Shown here: positions 28,810 to 44,648 of the stretch, one piece after another
Position numbering within the stretch: the first letter of the stretch is position 1
Layout of the letters: every line of letters begins with the position of its first letter
From: Eledone cirrhosa
Taxonomy: Eukaryota
Assembly (NCBI GenBank): GCA_964016885.1
Contig: OZ024743.1
Span: 261,268,001 to 261,332,000 of the forward strand
Reading direction: 5' to 3'
Length of the DNA stretch: 64,000 bases
Translations under genes and position numbers: made by a program
The notes under the pieces: model-generated
What the model was told of the DNA's origin: nothing
What the model saw: only the letters and a program-made list of their open reading frames with translations
Databases searched by the model: none

Positions 28810-28811
<2 letters not shown>
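28364..28811 (+). mobile_element. Fold-back Penelope-like terminal module with degenerate hammerhead and 3' tail
   Basis: Inverted arms 28364-28513 and 28572-28733. Contains CTGA(C/T)GA...GGAA-cagtg-tggc-cactg-TC. The tail has TTGAGTGCTT (28771) and TGTTTACCCT (28798), then (TA)n. Confidence 0.65.
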
Positions 28812-28859
<48 letters not shown>

Positions 28860-29329
28860 TTTAACCCTTTAGAATTTACATTACTCTATATTTACTATTG
28901 TATTTTTGTGGTAAAGGCTTTATCTCACATATCGAAGCTATGAGATTTTGATTTTATTTATTTTGAGAACAATACCTAAACATCAGTATGAATGGCAGGT
29001 TGCAGCCAGAAAGAGTTGAGAGAATTCTGGCCAGATATGGCCGGTTTAAATGCTAAAGTGTTAATGCCTATTTTACACATGTTCATATACTCTTAAAATT
29101 TGAAATTTTGGAGGTTAATTCAGAGAAATAAAATATGCTATCATTAATTATATATTACATATCAAATAAATATTGAAACTCTAGGTAAACAATGTTGATA
29201 TAATAACAGTTTTGACTGAGTATGATCTGTAATCTACATGACATTTGTTTTCAATTGTTTTAACTAGTTTGCATAATGTAGATTTTATTTTTTCACTTCA
29301 CTCATTTTATCACCAGTATAATCATCATC

Positions 29330-29520
29330 ATCATCATCAACAACAACAATAGTATAACATTTGTTTTTTTCCATGTGTATGGCTGTGCTGTATGTCAGCA
29401 TATTGGAAGATCCTGTTATACAACATATTTTCAGTCATTCCAGTTATTTATCACCTCTTCTCTGTGGCCTAGAGTATCCTGAGACATATCTTCACTTCTT
29501 CCCACAACTTCCTCAGACAT
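29330..29520 (-). mobile_element. Very degraded RTE-like 3' end
   Basis: (CAT)n on the + strand followed by sequence weakly resembling the reverse complement of the RTE terminus. Confidence 0.3.
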
Positions 29521-32144
29521 TTTTGGGGGTGGGGGGCACATGAATACCCCCCCCCCCCCCCCCCGGAACATCTGTACACAAAACGTTTTCACCCAATCAA
29601 TCATTATTGTCCATTTTCATTACATGTCAGTACTAGTGCAGCCACACTTTCTGTACACTTCAGCTGACATTTTTAAGGCCCAGCTGATCTCTCAATACAC
29701 ATGTGCTCAGCTTATGCAGGTGAATATTACATATCCAACCTTAAAAATTTCCTTTGATGGAGCTTACCTGTGTAACGGAACTATCAACTATCAATTTACA
29801 TCTAGTGAGCTGCTTGGACAGTTCATAAATGTTATTTCATGAGTGCTTCTACTGCTAACTTCTCTGAACTTTTAATTCTGTCAGCCTGTTCAAGATCTCA
29901 TTGTATCTGTTATGTGTCTATTTATTGCTTCAATTTAGTACACACTTCCTACCTACTTCCTTACTACATATCAACCAAAACCACTTCCATTGTGGCATTG
30001 AAATATTGTTTCTTTTACTAATCAATATTTTGATATTTACCATGTTTAAACTTTGGATTCTAGATTTGGATCTTTTTATGCAATTCTTTGATGGGTTCTG
30101 CCATGAAACTCAGGTTGTTAACATGCCAAATTATCTAATGATAACAAATCCTTAACTCTTATTCAATAACCCCAAGGAGGACTATAAAGAATAGTTGGAG
30201 CCTTTGGACATAGCTTTGGTGGATACCTGTTTATACATTAAATTTCTTGCTAACAGTTATACCTATGTACGTGACCAGCATGGCTCTCACGAGCCATTTC
30301 TCTACTGCTTGCTTGATTACTTCCCAGCAAAGTGTGGGACTTTATCAAAGCCTTGCTCACCAATGATGTAGAGTAGCTAATAGCTTAACCTCTCTTGCAA
30401 TTATCTCAATAGAAATATAGTATCTGTGGTTTGGTTCCATGTCCTGGCACAAACTCAAACTGCGATAAAACTCCTTTATCTACTATCAACATTTTGTCCA
30501 CCAGACCTCTATAATTCACCCTCTCCAGTGCGACTTCTTTGCCTTTATAGCAGTTGCTGCTGATAGTAGTAGACTTGAAATTAGAAATCTGAATATACCA
30601 AATCTATTATCATTAATATTCAGTTTGCTTCAGAATGGTTGAGGAGTGCTAACATATGATCACAGGACATCACACCTTGTCTTCACAGTACTGATATGAA
30701 AAGTGTTGAGCTTCTTAACACTGTTGGTATCACTAGTCATTACAATGCATCCTGTGCTTCATAGTTATATGGTTGTGATTTTACAACTCATGTCCTTCCT
30801 ACTGTCAGCAGATAGTAGAGTAGACTAAGTATGTTTATTGAACCCCAGACCGGACAGTAGTATGGCTGTCATGTCCTCCCTATATTAGTTTTAATTTGGT
30901 GTGGTTGTTCTCTTAGATTGATTGCCTTCACTGGAGCTTATGGAGTTATGGCTCTCCAGAGCATGAAGATAGAACACATTTTTACACTTATAGGTTTTTT
31001 CAGAGAGCCCAACTTACTAAATTGGTCAATTTCACCATAGTCCCTCCCCAAAAAAGACATCCTGTATCTTCTAGCTGGTGAATCATTGAAGTTGAGAGAA
31101 AGAGAGCGGGTGAGTAAATCTTATATCAAATGTATATAAACAATAAAGAAACATAAACTGTGAAATACAATCAGGTTTATCTGTTTGACTTCAGCTTAGC
31201 ATTGACATTTAATCTTCATAATGATCTGTCCACTACTAAAGATACTGTAAACATTTGAATTAGCAATTCCATTTTTAGATATCTTCTGCTAAATCATTAC
31301 AGGATGCTAATAGTTAATGTTTTCAAACAATATTGAAACATTTTTACATCCTTTTAGGATATTTCTTATGGCCTTTTCAAGAGATATTTCTTTCCAACAT
31401 TTTAGGAAGTTGAATTGAAACAGTAATGCAACTAAACCATGAAATCTCATAATAAAAGTAAAGTTTAATCATTTTCTCAATTTTCTGATTTGCTTCAATG
31501 ATCATTTTTTTCCTCCAAAAATATGAAATTATGAAACAGTTCAACCAATGAGAATGAAAGAAATTATGAGATTTTTTAAAACTTCAGCTTATTCTCAGGT
31601 AGCATTCTTACAATCTTGAACTCGGGTTGATACAAGGATTTCAAATGAAGTGTTAACATCACATTTTGAAGGGCTGTTTATAGAGTGGAGGGGGTGATTA
31701 TATGTCAATTGTTATTGGCAAATTGTTGTTTGATATTAAAAAATTGTTAACTTCTCTTCTTTTTAAATTTAAATGTATTATATAGGTCATGGAATACCAT
31801 GAAGTTTCTTTGGGAATTTTTGCTGACTTTTCATGAAACATACATAAAACATTATGTGTTTAACTGCATATTATATATATATATATATGGATTTAAAACA
31901 GTAATATATATATATATATGATTATAAACGAAGATGGCGAGTGAAATTTGAAAACTGAATTAGCTTTTGCTGTATTTTTTAACACAAAAAAACAGTATCA
32001 GCAAACATATGCTGTTTTTTTTTCTCCATTCCATTCAGGAGGCTTATTTGCCCTGCTATTAGATTATTTTTTGTAGTCAAAATATACAACTATTTAGGCC
32101 ATTACTCAACAGGGTACTCAATACTTGGGGTAGTAGAGTATGGT

Positions 32145-32224
32145 TATATTATAAAGATCTCTTGCTGTTTCAACAGCTAGTTCCAGTTTGGAACTAGCTG
32201 TTGAACCCGACTCTTTATAATATA
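32145..32224. repeat. Short fold-back palindrome
   Basis: Perfect 17-bp arms 32169-32185 / 32189-32205 plus outer 13-bp arms. Confidence 0.85.
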
Positions 32225-32233
32225 TATATATAT

Positions 32234-32562
32234 GGAGGCACATGGCTTAGTGGTTAGAGCATTGGCCTTGCAATCGAAAGGTTGTGAGTTCAATTCTCAG
32301 ACCGGGTGATGTGTTGTTTCCTTGAGCAAGACACTTTATTTCACATTGCTCCAGTTTACTCAACTGTAGAAATGAGATGATAGGACTGGGGTCCATATCA
32401 TTCCACTGCAAAGTGGTCATGGAGGTACCACAGCAAAAAAGCACCCAGTACTCACTGTAAATGAGGTTGGTGTTAGGAAGGGCATCCAGCTGTAGAAATC
32501 AAGCCAGAATCAGCCCCCGTCCCACCCTTGCAAGCAGGGAAAAGCGGACGTAAAATGAAATG
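32234..32562 (+). mobile_element. Full-length tRNA-CORE SINE with RTE-derived tail
   Basis: A/B boxes and a CORE-like segment. The tail ccacccttgcaagcagggaaaagcggacgtaaaatga is identical to the RTE end near 23348-23384. Confidence 0.85.
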
Positions 32563-32575
32563 TATATATATATAT

Positions 32576-32667
32576 ATAATCAAGAATAAGGTAATATGTT
32601 GGAATCTTACATCATGATGTAATTAATAAAATGTAAAGTTCCAACATATTGCCTTATTCTTGATTAT
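32576..32667. repeat. Fold-back palindrome (37-bp arms) followed by TTGAGTGCTT tail
   Basis: Arms 32576-32612 / 32631-32667; motif at 32732-32741. Confidence 0.8.
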
Positions 32668-32825
32668 TATACTAAAACTCCATCATACATAAACTTTTGT
32701 GATCACATCACAGTCTGGAATGTATATCATGTTGAGTGCTTAATCCTGTGTATACAAGTAATAGTTAATCAGCACATACAACTGAGAAACAATAACAGAT
32801 TGATGAACATAAACGGACCAGTACA

Positions 32826-33210
32826 CGTACATACATATATGTATACAGACGTACAGTAGTATGTATATATATATATATATACATACATGCACACATATAT
32901 ATATGTACGTATGGATTCACCGAACATTTATTATAATGCTCGGTGTGTTTGTAAACAAACATCCCGTATTAAGCCGTAGTGTCCAGCAACCATCGTTGCT
33001 CATTTGTTCAACACTGCCTTTGTCAGTGTTGAACAAACAAGCAACGATGGTTGCTGGACACTACAGCTTAATACGGGATGTTTGTTTACAAACACACCGA
33101 GCATTATAATAAATGTTCGGTGAATCCATACGTACATATATATATATGTGTGCATGTATGTATATATATATACATACTACTGTACGTCTGTATACATATA
33201 TGTATGTACG
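32826..33210. repeat. Long fold-back palindrome (~190-bp arms, 7-nt loop)
   Basis: Arms 32826-33016 / 33024-33210, near-perfect. Confidence 0.9.
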
Positions 33211-33319
33211 TATACATACTTATATTTAAGTAACAGCCGTACTAAGAGTGGGAAATCAAATTTCGTTTCATTTTTTCCGTTTATATATATATATATATTG
33301 AAAAGGTTTGAAGCAATGA

Positions 33320-33752
33320 ATATTCGTAAAATTGGAGTATTCTCAGTGCAAAAGGTAGCCGTAAATAGCTGGATGCTATTTGCAAAGTAAAAATTTAGGG
33401 GTTTAAGATATAACCACAAATCAAATGGAGAATGGGAGAAGGAGAAAGAGAGTCTAAAGTATGAGAGTGTTATAGAGCGAGAGAAGGGAGGAGAGGAGAA
33501 AGATGGGGATGAAAACGATGGAGCAGAACTTAAGGAGAAAGACAAGTCCTGCTCCATCGTTTTCGTCCCCATTTTTCTCCTCTCCTCTTGCCTTCTCTCT
33601 CTCATCTCATACTTTAGACTCTCTTTCTTCCCTCTCCCATTCTCCATTCAATTTGTGGTTATATCTTAACCCCAAAATCTTTTACTATACAAATAAAATC
33701 CAGCTGTTTACAGCTACCTTTTGCACTGAGAATACTCCAATTTTACGAATAT
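33320..33752. repeat. Long imperfect fold-back palindrome (~210-bp arms)
   Basis: Arms 33320-33531 / 33544-33752 with a purine-rich/pyrimidine-rich core; more mismatches than the neighbouring palindrome. Confidence 0.9.
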
Positions 33753-36681
33753 ATATATACTACCAAAATTAAATTAAAGATGTCATGTCTGTAGAATAAG
33801 CTCAAAGATTCTAAGGAATAAATCTGAGTATTTATTAACATTAAATTAATTTTTAATATGTTACCCCCATAACTATGTGTATTTACACTCTTTACAAATT
33901 ATCCCCTGTAATTGTTTGATGTGTTTATTTTATATATATATATGTCAATCGATTTTTAATTTGATGATATATATATTACTGTTTTAAATCCATTTTCCCA
34001 TGCTAAGATTGCTTTGCAGATACATTCGCATATCTATGTGATTATACATTGGTGCTCATATATATGTATGTGTGCGTGTATATTTTTCCTGGTATCAAGA
34101 ACCAAAACTCATCAGCTAACTTTTACAGTAATGATATCATGTACAAATTCTTATTTCAGAAACTAAATTCCATAAATGTTATTTACTGCCTAAAAGTAAA
34201 ATGTACTACAAAGGTTTTTTTTTCTCTTTTATCATTGTTTTTTTGTTCTTTTTTATGTATATATAAATTATTAATTGATGCATAAACATTTGGTCAGTTT
34301 AAAACTTTCTTTAAATTGTATTTTATATTAGATAAATATATATAATACATTCTTGATACAAAATATTCATCTAAACATTGAAGTGGGGGTAGAGAGTGTA
34401 GTCTCTACTAAAAGCATATACATATTGAAAAGCAAGACAGATTTTGCAGCTTAACTCTTTTGTGGCCATATTTTTTATGAAATACACTCTATTTCAATTA
34501 ATTAATTGTTTCTACTTTAGGCACAAGGCCGGCAATTTGAAGGGGAGGGGAAAGTCGATTAAATCGGCTCTAGTACATTACTGGTGCTTTATTTTATTGA
34601 CCCCATTGAAGAATTGTTAGGGATTTACTAAAATTATCATTTCATTACAAAGATAGTAATGTAATATATGGTTCATATATAAAATTATGTTGAAAAGTTT
34701 TAATTTAAATAAGATCCCTTTAAAATAGGTTGCTTTTGATTCATAGAACCAGAGGCGGTGTTTTGGTCAGGTTCTTATCAAAAGGGCTAATATGGAAAAT
34801 ACTGCTAGCCACTATACATGTCTAGTTAAGGTAAATAAATTAATATTTACTTCTGAACAGTTGACAAGGGTTTAGAACTTTTATTTTTTAATTTGGAGTT
34901 TTTTAAATTCTATAACCATCCATGTTTTATTTATTTATTTTTTTATTGGTTTATTGTGGAAGGGACTATGTCTGACTTTTCAAAGGCTCTCCAATATCTT
35001 ATTTATATACATATAAATAACATATTTCTCTTTTCCTTTCCCTGACAATTTTTTTCAATATATACTTTGGTTTTTCTTTTAGATAATTATTATTTCTAAA
35101 CTGTATAAAAAAAATAAGAAACTTCTGTGGCCATATATTAAGCAAGTTAATCAAGACTGATCTAATACCAGAGTTGATATAAAATTGACTAAAGATTTTG
35201 AGTAAACTGACTTTGATAAGAATTTTTATTTTCAAAATCTCAGCATAATAATACTCTCATATATTTTTCTGTGTATGGAAGAATATTTAAAAGTGTTTAC
35301 ACTTTGCAGTTCATTTTTTCACTGCTTTGCTTCTAATTCTAAATCTGTAGTTATATTTACCTTAAACACACCCAAACAAAACAAAAATGAACTGAAAAGA
35401 ATTTATCAATTTAGCCCATATGATACCAAACTGCCTGAAACCAGACCTGACTCTGTGATGTAAAACTGTTTATATTTAACAAAAAACCTTCCATCATAGT
35501 TTAAGATATATTCCAATCACCAACTTAATGATGAGAAAGTTATATTACTAAATCACTCCCAATTCTTGATTATTTTCAAAATTTTCTGAAAATCACACAC
35601 AGTGTATTTCATTAGAAATATGACAATGAAAGGTCTAAGAGTGAATTACAATGCTTTTGCTCTAAAACGAATTTACAGATAATTGCTAATATCCCTATAA
35701 AATGTTAATTTGTACATATATTTTGTCAAACGTCTTTTTTTTCTTTTTCACTTTTTGTTTTCTTTGATTTCAACTCTCTCATTTTAATTGTTTGTTCCTG
35801 TGTTCTAGTTGTATCAGTTTTACACATACACACACACATATATAATATATAATATTTGGCGTTACCATTTGCAAAACTTGTTAGCAATGTCTCATGTCTT
35901 GTTTCCAGTTGTAAAACTTTTTATTGTTATTTTCTCTCTTTTTTTTTTTTGTACTTGCTTTGCTGTCCTAGTCAAAAGACATTCACTTGTTGTCAACTGT
36001 CACAATCTTGTGCTATCTCATATCCATATCTCTGGTGACTTGTTCTAAGCTGTCATGCAATTGGGCTCAATGTATTGCAATACCACACTTATGCACGAAA
36101 TTGCATTGTCCAGGAGGTGGCTGATGAGGAAGAAAGATGCTTTTGTTCATTTGTCTAATATATTCATTTTCATTTTTTCTCTTTTTTTTTTATATTCTGT
36201 GTTCAAATTTGCTATATATATATATATATATGCTCCATTGATCAGCCACTATCTGGAAATCATTTTTTTAAAAAGTTCCAACTTATCGTTTCATTAAAAT
36301 GAGTTAGCTTAATTATTATGTGTTCAGTGAATAGATCCCATAATCAGTTATTGCTCTCTGGCTTCATGTCTGTGTAAGAAACAGTATACTTGGGATGAGT
36401 TAACAAGAGGGTCCTGACATGGTTGCTCAACTAACCAGAAATCATAGCTAAATGTTCTTCAGATTTACTCCCTGCAATCCTAAAAAAACGGAGTCATATT
36501 GGATAGTATAGCCCAAAGTAAGCAATAGTCATGCCTGGAATACCATCTGATCATATGTATGCTGAGTCAGAACTAACCTATGGACAAACGACTACAATAG
36601 CATGTTTGTGTAAAGATATTATGAAGTTTACAGTTATACACTTTCATTCCTTGTGTGTAAGTGCATGTGTGTGTGTGTGTG

Positions 36682-36748
<67 letters not shown>

Positions 36749-37055
36749 ATATATGTATACACCAGGTGGTACTATTAAGTTAGACATGGCCTGGGCCAAT
36801 ACTGGCCAAAACCTATCAAAGTTATATATATTAGACAATGTACGAATCCGAAATGCAGAAAATAGCAAACAAGAGTCTATTGCTTTAAATAATAGCTTAT
36901 AAACTCAAGTAAAATACCCCTAAGGACATATTTTACCCAGTTTGCTCAGCTATTATTTTGACAATTACAATCTTCCCATATAAGGAATTACCCCTTGAAA
37001 AGTTCAGCTATTACCACACTAAAAATTCTACTTTAGTCTAGAAATAGCCGTCGAA

Positions 37056-37125
<70 letters not shown>

Positions 37126-37272
37126 CATATATTGAGTTATAAACACAATATAGTCTTTTACAGTTAAATAGCTCAAAGAAGGGAATATTTCTGAGCTGTG
37201 TAATACAAACGAATATATGAAAGGGAAAAACACTGATATATGTATATATATATGTATATGTATATATATATG

Positions 37273-37345
<73 letters not shown>

Positions 37346-37389
37346 ATATATATATATATGTGTGTATATATATATATATATGTGTATAT

Positions 37390-37423
<34 letters not shown>

Positions 37424-37550
37424 ATATGTATATGTGTGTATATATATATATATATGTGTGTGTATATATATATATATATGTGTATATATATGTGTATATA
37501 TATATATGTGTATATATATGTATGTATATATATATATGTATGTATGTATG

Positions 37551-37675
<125 letters not shown>

Positions 37676-37724
37676 GTGTATATATATATATGTATGTATA
37701 TATATATATGTGTATATATATGTG

Positions 37725-37760
<36 letters not shown>

Positions 37761-37762
37761 TG

Positions 37763-37823
<61 letters not shown>

Positions 37824-37880
37824 GTGTATATATATATATGTATGTATATATATATATATATGTATGTATATATAAGTATG

Positions 37881-37931
<51 letters not shown>

Positions 37932-38544
37932 GTATATATATATATGTGTATATATATATGTATGTATGTATATGTATGTATATATATATATGTGTATATA
38001 TATATATGTATGTATGTATATGTATGTATATATATATGTATGTATGTATATGTATGTATATATATATGTATGTATGTATGTGTATATATATATATGTGTA
38101 TATATATATATGTATGTATGTATATGTATGTATATATATATGTATGTATGTATATGTATGTATATATATATGTATGTATGTATATGTATGTATGTATATA
38201 TATGTATGTATATGTATATATATGTATATATGTATATGTATGTATATATATATATGTATATGTATATATATGTATATGTATATATATATATGTATATGTA
38301 TATGTATATCTATATATGTACATATGTATATATATATATGTACATATACACACGCTTACACCTCTCCAAGACAATGTCACTGGACCGAGACCTTTGGCGG
38401 TACTCAGTAATAGAGAAGACCCGCCTTACCTAAATACAAAGTAAAAACCTACTACAGTCAGTAGGCACCTCTATCAAAACACACCCCCGTCCCACCACCT
38501 CCACCCCACCCACACCGCCCCTTTCAATGTAAAGTTATGTTGGT

Positions 38545-38940
38545 CCCACAACATCCAGGCCGAAACAAATGAGATCGTGTAGGTGTCACGACAAAAAACA
38601 CAGTCCACGCTGTAAATGTGGCCGTGTAGGCAACACGGTAAAAACCTCCCAGCCCCACACTGTAAATGTGGTTGGTGTTAGGAAGGGCATCCAGCTGTAG
38701 AAAACCAGCCAGACAGTCCACGCTGTAATGTGGCCGTGTAGGCAACACGGTAAAAACCTCCCAGCCCCACACTGTAAATGTGGTTGGTGTTAGGAAGGGC
38801 ATCCAACTGTAGAAAACCCGCCAGACAGTCCTATGCGAGCAAGACAACCACTCTTGCCTCAAGTGGGAAAACCCCCGTCCAAACCCATGCAAGCGTGGAA
38901 CACGGACGCTAAACCTGATGATGATGATGATGATGATGAT
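38545..38940 (+). mobile_element. SINE 3' part with internal ~115-bp tandem duplication and (GAT)n tail
   Basis: acagtccacgctgtaa...ggaagggcatcca.ctgtagaaaacc.gccag is present twice. Confidence 0.7.
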
Positions 38941-39139
38941 ATATATATATGTATATATATATATGTATATGTATGTATGTATATATATATATATGTATAT
39001 ATTTATATATATATGTATATATATATGTATATATATATGTATATGTGTATATGTATATGTATATGTGTATATGTATATATATATATGTATATATGTATAT
39101 GTATATATGTATATGTATATATGTGTATATGTATATATG

Positions 39140-39192
<53 letters not shown>

Positions 39193-39213
39193 GTATATAT
39201 ATGTATATATGTG

Positions 39214-39244
<31 letters not shown>

Positions 39245-39349
39245 GTATATATGTATATATATGTATATATATATATATATATGTATATATATGTATATAT
39301 GTATATATATATATGTGTATATATGTATATATATATATGTGTATATATG

Positions 39350-39394
<45 letters not shown>

Positions 39395-39405
39395 GTGTAT
39401 ATATG

Positions 39406-39454
<49 letters not shown>

Positions 39455-40071
39455 GTATATGTATATATATGTATATGTATGTATATGTATATATATGTGT
39501 ATATATATGTATATATATATGTATATATATGTATATGTATATATATGTATATGTATGTATATGTATATATATGTGTATATATATGTATATATATATGTAT
39601 ATATATGTATATATGTATATATATATGTATATATATATGTATATATGTATATATGTATGTATATATATATGTATATATATGTATATATGTATATATATAT
39701 GTATATGTATATATGTATATATATGTATATATATATGTATATATATGTATATATGTATATATGTATATATATATATATGTATATATGTATATATATATGT
39801 ATATATATATGTATATATGTATATATATATATATGTATGTATATATGTATATATATATATATGTATATATATATGTATATATGTATGTATATATATATAT
39901 GTATGTATATATGTATATATGTATATATGTATGTATATATGTATATATATATATATGTATATATATATGTATATATATATGTATATATATATGTATATAT
40001 ATGTGTATATATATATGCATATGTATATGTATATATGTATATATATATGTATGTATATATATATATATGTG

Positions 40072-40104
<33 letters not shown>

Positions 40105-40107
40105 GTG

Positions 40108-40174
<67 letters not shown>

Positions 40175-40207
40175 GTATATGTATGTATGTATATATATAT
40201 ATATGTG

Positions 40208-40238
<31 letters not shown>

Positions 40239-40358
40239 GTATATGTATGTATATATATATATATATATAAGTATATATATATGTATATATAAGTATATAT
40301 ATATGTATATGTATGTATATATTTGTATGTATATATATATGTATATATATATATGTAT

Positions 40359-40720
40359 ATAAAATATATAAAAAAATAATGAATAAAACAATGAAACAGT
40401 TCCTTATATTAAACAAAAAAAGTTCATTGTTTAACGATCGTTTCTAGGATATATATGTGTTAGAATTGGCATGCATATTCAACAGATCTATGTATATCCT
40501 AGAAACGATCGTTAAATAATGAACTTTTTTTGTTTAATATAAGGAACTGTTTCATTGTTTTATTCATTATTTTTTTAATATTTTATCTTGACTCTGTATT
40601 CCGTTTATCTTTCACCGAAAGAGATTTTTCATTGCATCTCTTCTTTCCATGATATCCGGATTACATTGAGTTCTTCATACGGATTGCACACTACCGTAAA
40701 CTCTTGGTAGATTTATCTAC
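40359..40720 (+). mobile_element. Fold-back module with 3' half of a hammerhead and tail
   Basis: Arms ~40359-40454 / 40492-40586; GAAA-CGATCG-TT at 40502-40513; TTGAGTTCTT at 40666; flanked by (TA)n. Confidence 0.65.
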
Positions 40721-40827
40721 ATATATATGTATATATATATATGTATATATGTATATATATATTTGTATATATATATATGTATATATATATATATGTATAT
40801 ATGTATATATATATATATGTATATATG

Positions 40828-40860
<33 letters not shown>

Positions 40861-40894
40861 GTATATATATATATTGAATATATATATATATATG

Positions 40895-40962
<68 letters not shown>

Positions 40963-41355
40963 TGTATATGTATATATATGTATATATGTATATGTATATA
41001 TATGTATATATGTATATGTATATATGTATATGTATATATGTATATGTATATATGTATATGTATATATGTATATATATATATGTATATATATATATGTATA
41101 TATATATATGTATATATATATATGTATATATATATATGTATATATATATATGTATATATATATATGTATATATATATATGTATATATATATATGTATATA
41201 TATATATGTATATATATATATGTATATATATATATGTATATATATATATGTATATATGTATATATATATATGTATATATATATATGTATATATATATATG
41301 TATATATATATATGTATATGTATATATGTATATGTATGTATATATGTATATGTAT

Positions 41356-41388
<33 letters not shown>

Positions 41389-41715
41389 TATATGTATATG
41401 TATATATATATATGTATATGTGTATATATATATATATGTGTATATGTGTATATATATATATATGTGTATATGTATATATATATATATGTATATATGTATT
41501 TATATGTATATATATATATGTATATATATGTATGTATATGTATGTGTATATGTATATATATATATATGTATATGTATGTGTATATGTATATATATATATA
41601 TATGTATATATATGTATATATATATATATATGTATATATATGTATATATATGTATATATATGTATATGTATATATATGTATATATATGTATATGTATATA
41701 TATATATATGTATAT

Positions 41716-41749
<34 letters not shown>

Positions 41750-42740
41750 GTATATATATGTATATATATATATATATATGTATATGTATATATATGTATA
41801 TATATATATATATATGTATATATATGTATATGTATATATATGTATATATATATATATGTATATATATGTATATATATATATGTATATATATGTATATGTA
41901 TGTATATGTATATATATATGTATGTATATGTATATATATATGTATATATATGTATATGTATATATATGTATATGTATATGTATATATATGTATATGTATA
42001 TATATGTATGTATATATATGTATATATATATATGTATATATATGTATATGTATATATATGTATATGTATATGATATGTATATATATGTATATATGTATAT
42101 ATATATGTATATGTATATGTATATATATGTATATGTATATATATGTATATATATGTATATATGTATATATATATGTATATATATATGTATATATATGTAT
42201 ATGTATATATATGTATATGTATATATATATGTATATATATGTATATATGTATATATATATGTATATATATGTATATATATATGTATATGTATATATATGT
42301 ATATGTATGTATATATGTATATGTATGTATATATGTATATGTATATATATATGTATATGTATGTATATATGTATATGTATGTATATATGTATATGTATGT
42401 ATATATGTATATGTATGTATATGTATGTGTATATGTATGTATATATGTATGTGTATGTATATATGTATATATATATATGTATATGTATATATATATGTAT
42501 ATGTATGTATATATGTATATGTATGTATATATGTATATGTATGTGTATATGTATGTATATATGTATATGTATGTTTATATATATGTATATATATATGTAT
42601 GTATATGTATATATATATGTATATGTATATATGTATATATATGTATATATATATATGTATATATATATGTATATATATGTATATATATATGTATATATGT
42701 ATATATATATATGTATATATATATGTATATATATATATGT

Positions 42741-42771
<31 letters not shown>

Positions 42772-43177
42772 TATATATATATGTATATATATATGTATAT
42801 ATATATATGTGTATATGTATGTATATATGTATATATATATATGTATATATATATGTATATATGTATATGTATATATATATATGTATATATGTATATATAT
42901 ATGTATATATATATGTATGTATATATGTATATATATATATATGTATATATATATGTATATATGTATATGTATATATATATATGTATATGTATATATATAT
43001 ATGTGTATATATATATGTATATATATATGTATATATATATGTATATATATATATGTATATATATATGTATATATATATATATGTATATATATATATGTAT
43101 ATATATATGTATATATATGTATATATATATGTATATATATGTATATATATATGTATATATATATGTATATATATATG

Positions 43178-43214
<37 letters not shown>

Positions 43215-44224
43215 GTATATATATATGTATATATATATGTATATATATATGTATATATATATATATGTATATATATATGTATATATATATGTATATGTAT
43301 ATATATATATGTATATATATATGTATATATATATGTATATATATATGTATATATATATATGTATATATATATGTATATATATATGTATATATATATATGT
43401 ATATATATATGTATATGTATATATATATGTATATATATATATATATGTATATGTATATATATATATGTATATATATATGTATATGTATATGTATATATAT
43501 ATATGTATATATATATGTATATGTATATATATATATGTGTATATATGTATATGTATATATATATATGTGTATATATGTATATGTATATATATATATGTGT
43601 ATATATGTATATGTGTATATATATATGTGTATATATATATATGTATGTGTGTATATATACGTGTATGTGTATATATATATATGTATAGATATATGTATAT
43701 ATATGTATAGATATATGTATATATATATATGTATAGATATATGTATATATATATATGTATAGATATATGTATATATATATATGTGTATATATATATGTAT
43801 GTATATATATGTGTATATATATATGTATGTATTATATATATGTGTATATATATATGTATGGTATATATATATGTGTATGTGTATATATATGTATGTATAT
43901 ATATATGTGTATGTGTATATATATGTATGTATATATATGTGTATGTGTATATATGTATAGATATATGTATATATATATGTGTATGTGTATATATATATAT
44001 GTATAGATATATGTATATATATGTATGTGTATATATATATGTATGTGTATATATATATGTATGTATGTATATATTATATATGTGTATATATGTATGTATG
44101 TATATATATATGTGTATATATGTATATATATATGTGTATATATATATATATGTGTATATATATATATACGTATATATATATATATATATATACGTATATA
44201 TATATGTGTATATATATATATACG

Positions 44225-44403
<179 letters not shown>

Positions 44404-44610
44404 GTATATGTATATATATATGTATATGTAAATATATATATGTATATATATATATATGTATATGTATATATATATATGTATATGTAAATATATATATGTA
44501 TATATATATATGTGTATGTATATATATATATATATATATGTATATGTAATATATATATGTATATATATATATGTGTATGTATATATATATATATATATGT
44601 AATATATGTC

Positions 44611-44648
<38 letters not shown>

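Noticed and set aside
29540-31100. Short ORFs / possible old LINE body
   Set aside because: No motif could be recognised with confidence by eye.
32234-32310. tRNA-like sequence
   Set aside because: It is the head of a SINE that continues into a CORE-like body and RTE tail; no convincing acceptor stem.
36990-37060. Possible hammerhead (TTGAAAA...GAAA-tagccg-TC)
   Set aside because: The core is non-canonical and stem I does not pair; at best a decayed remnant.
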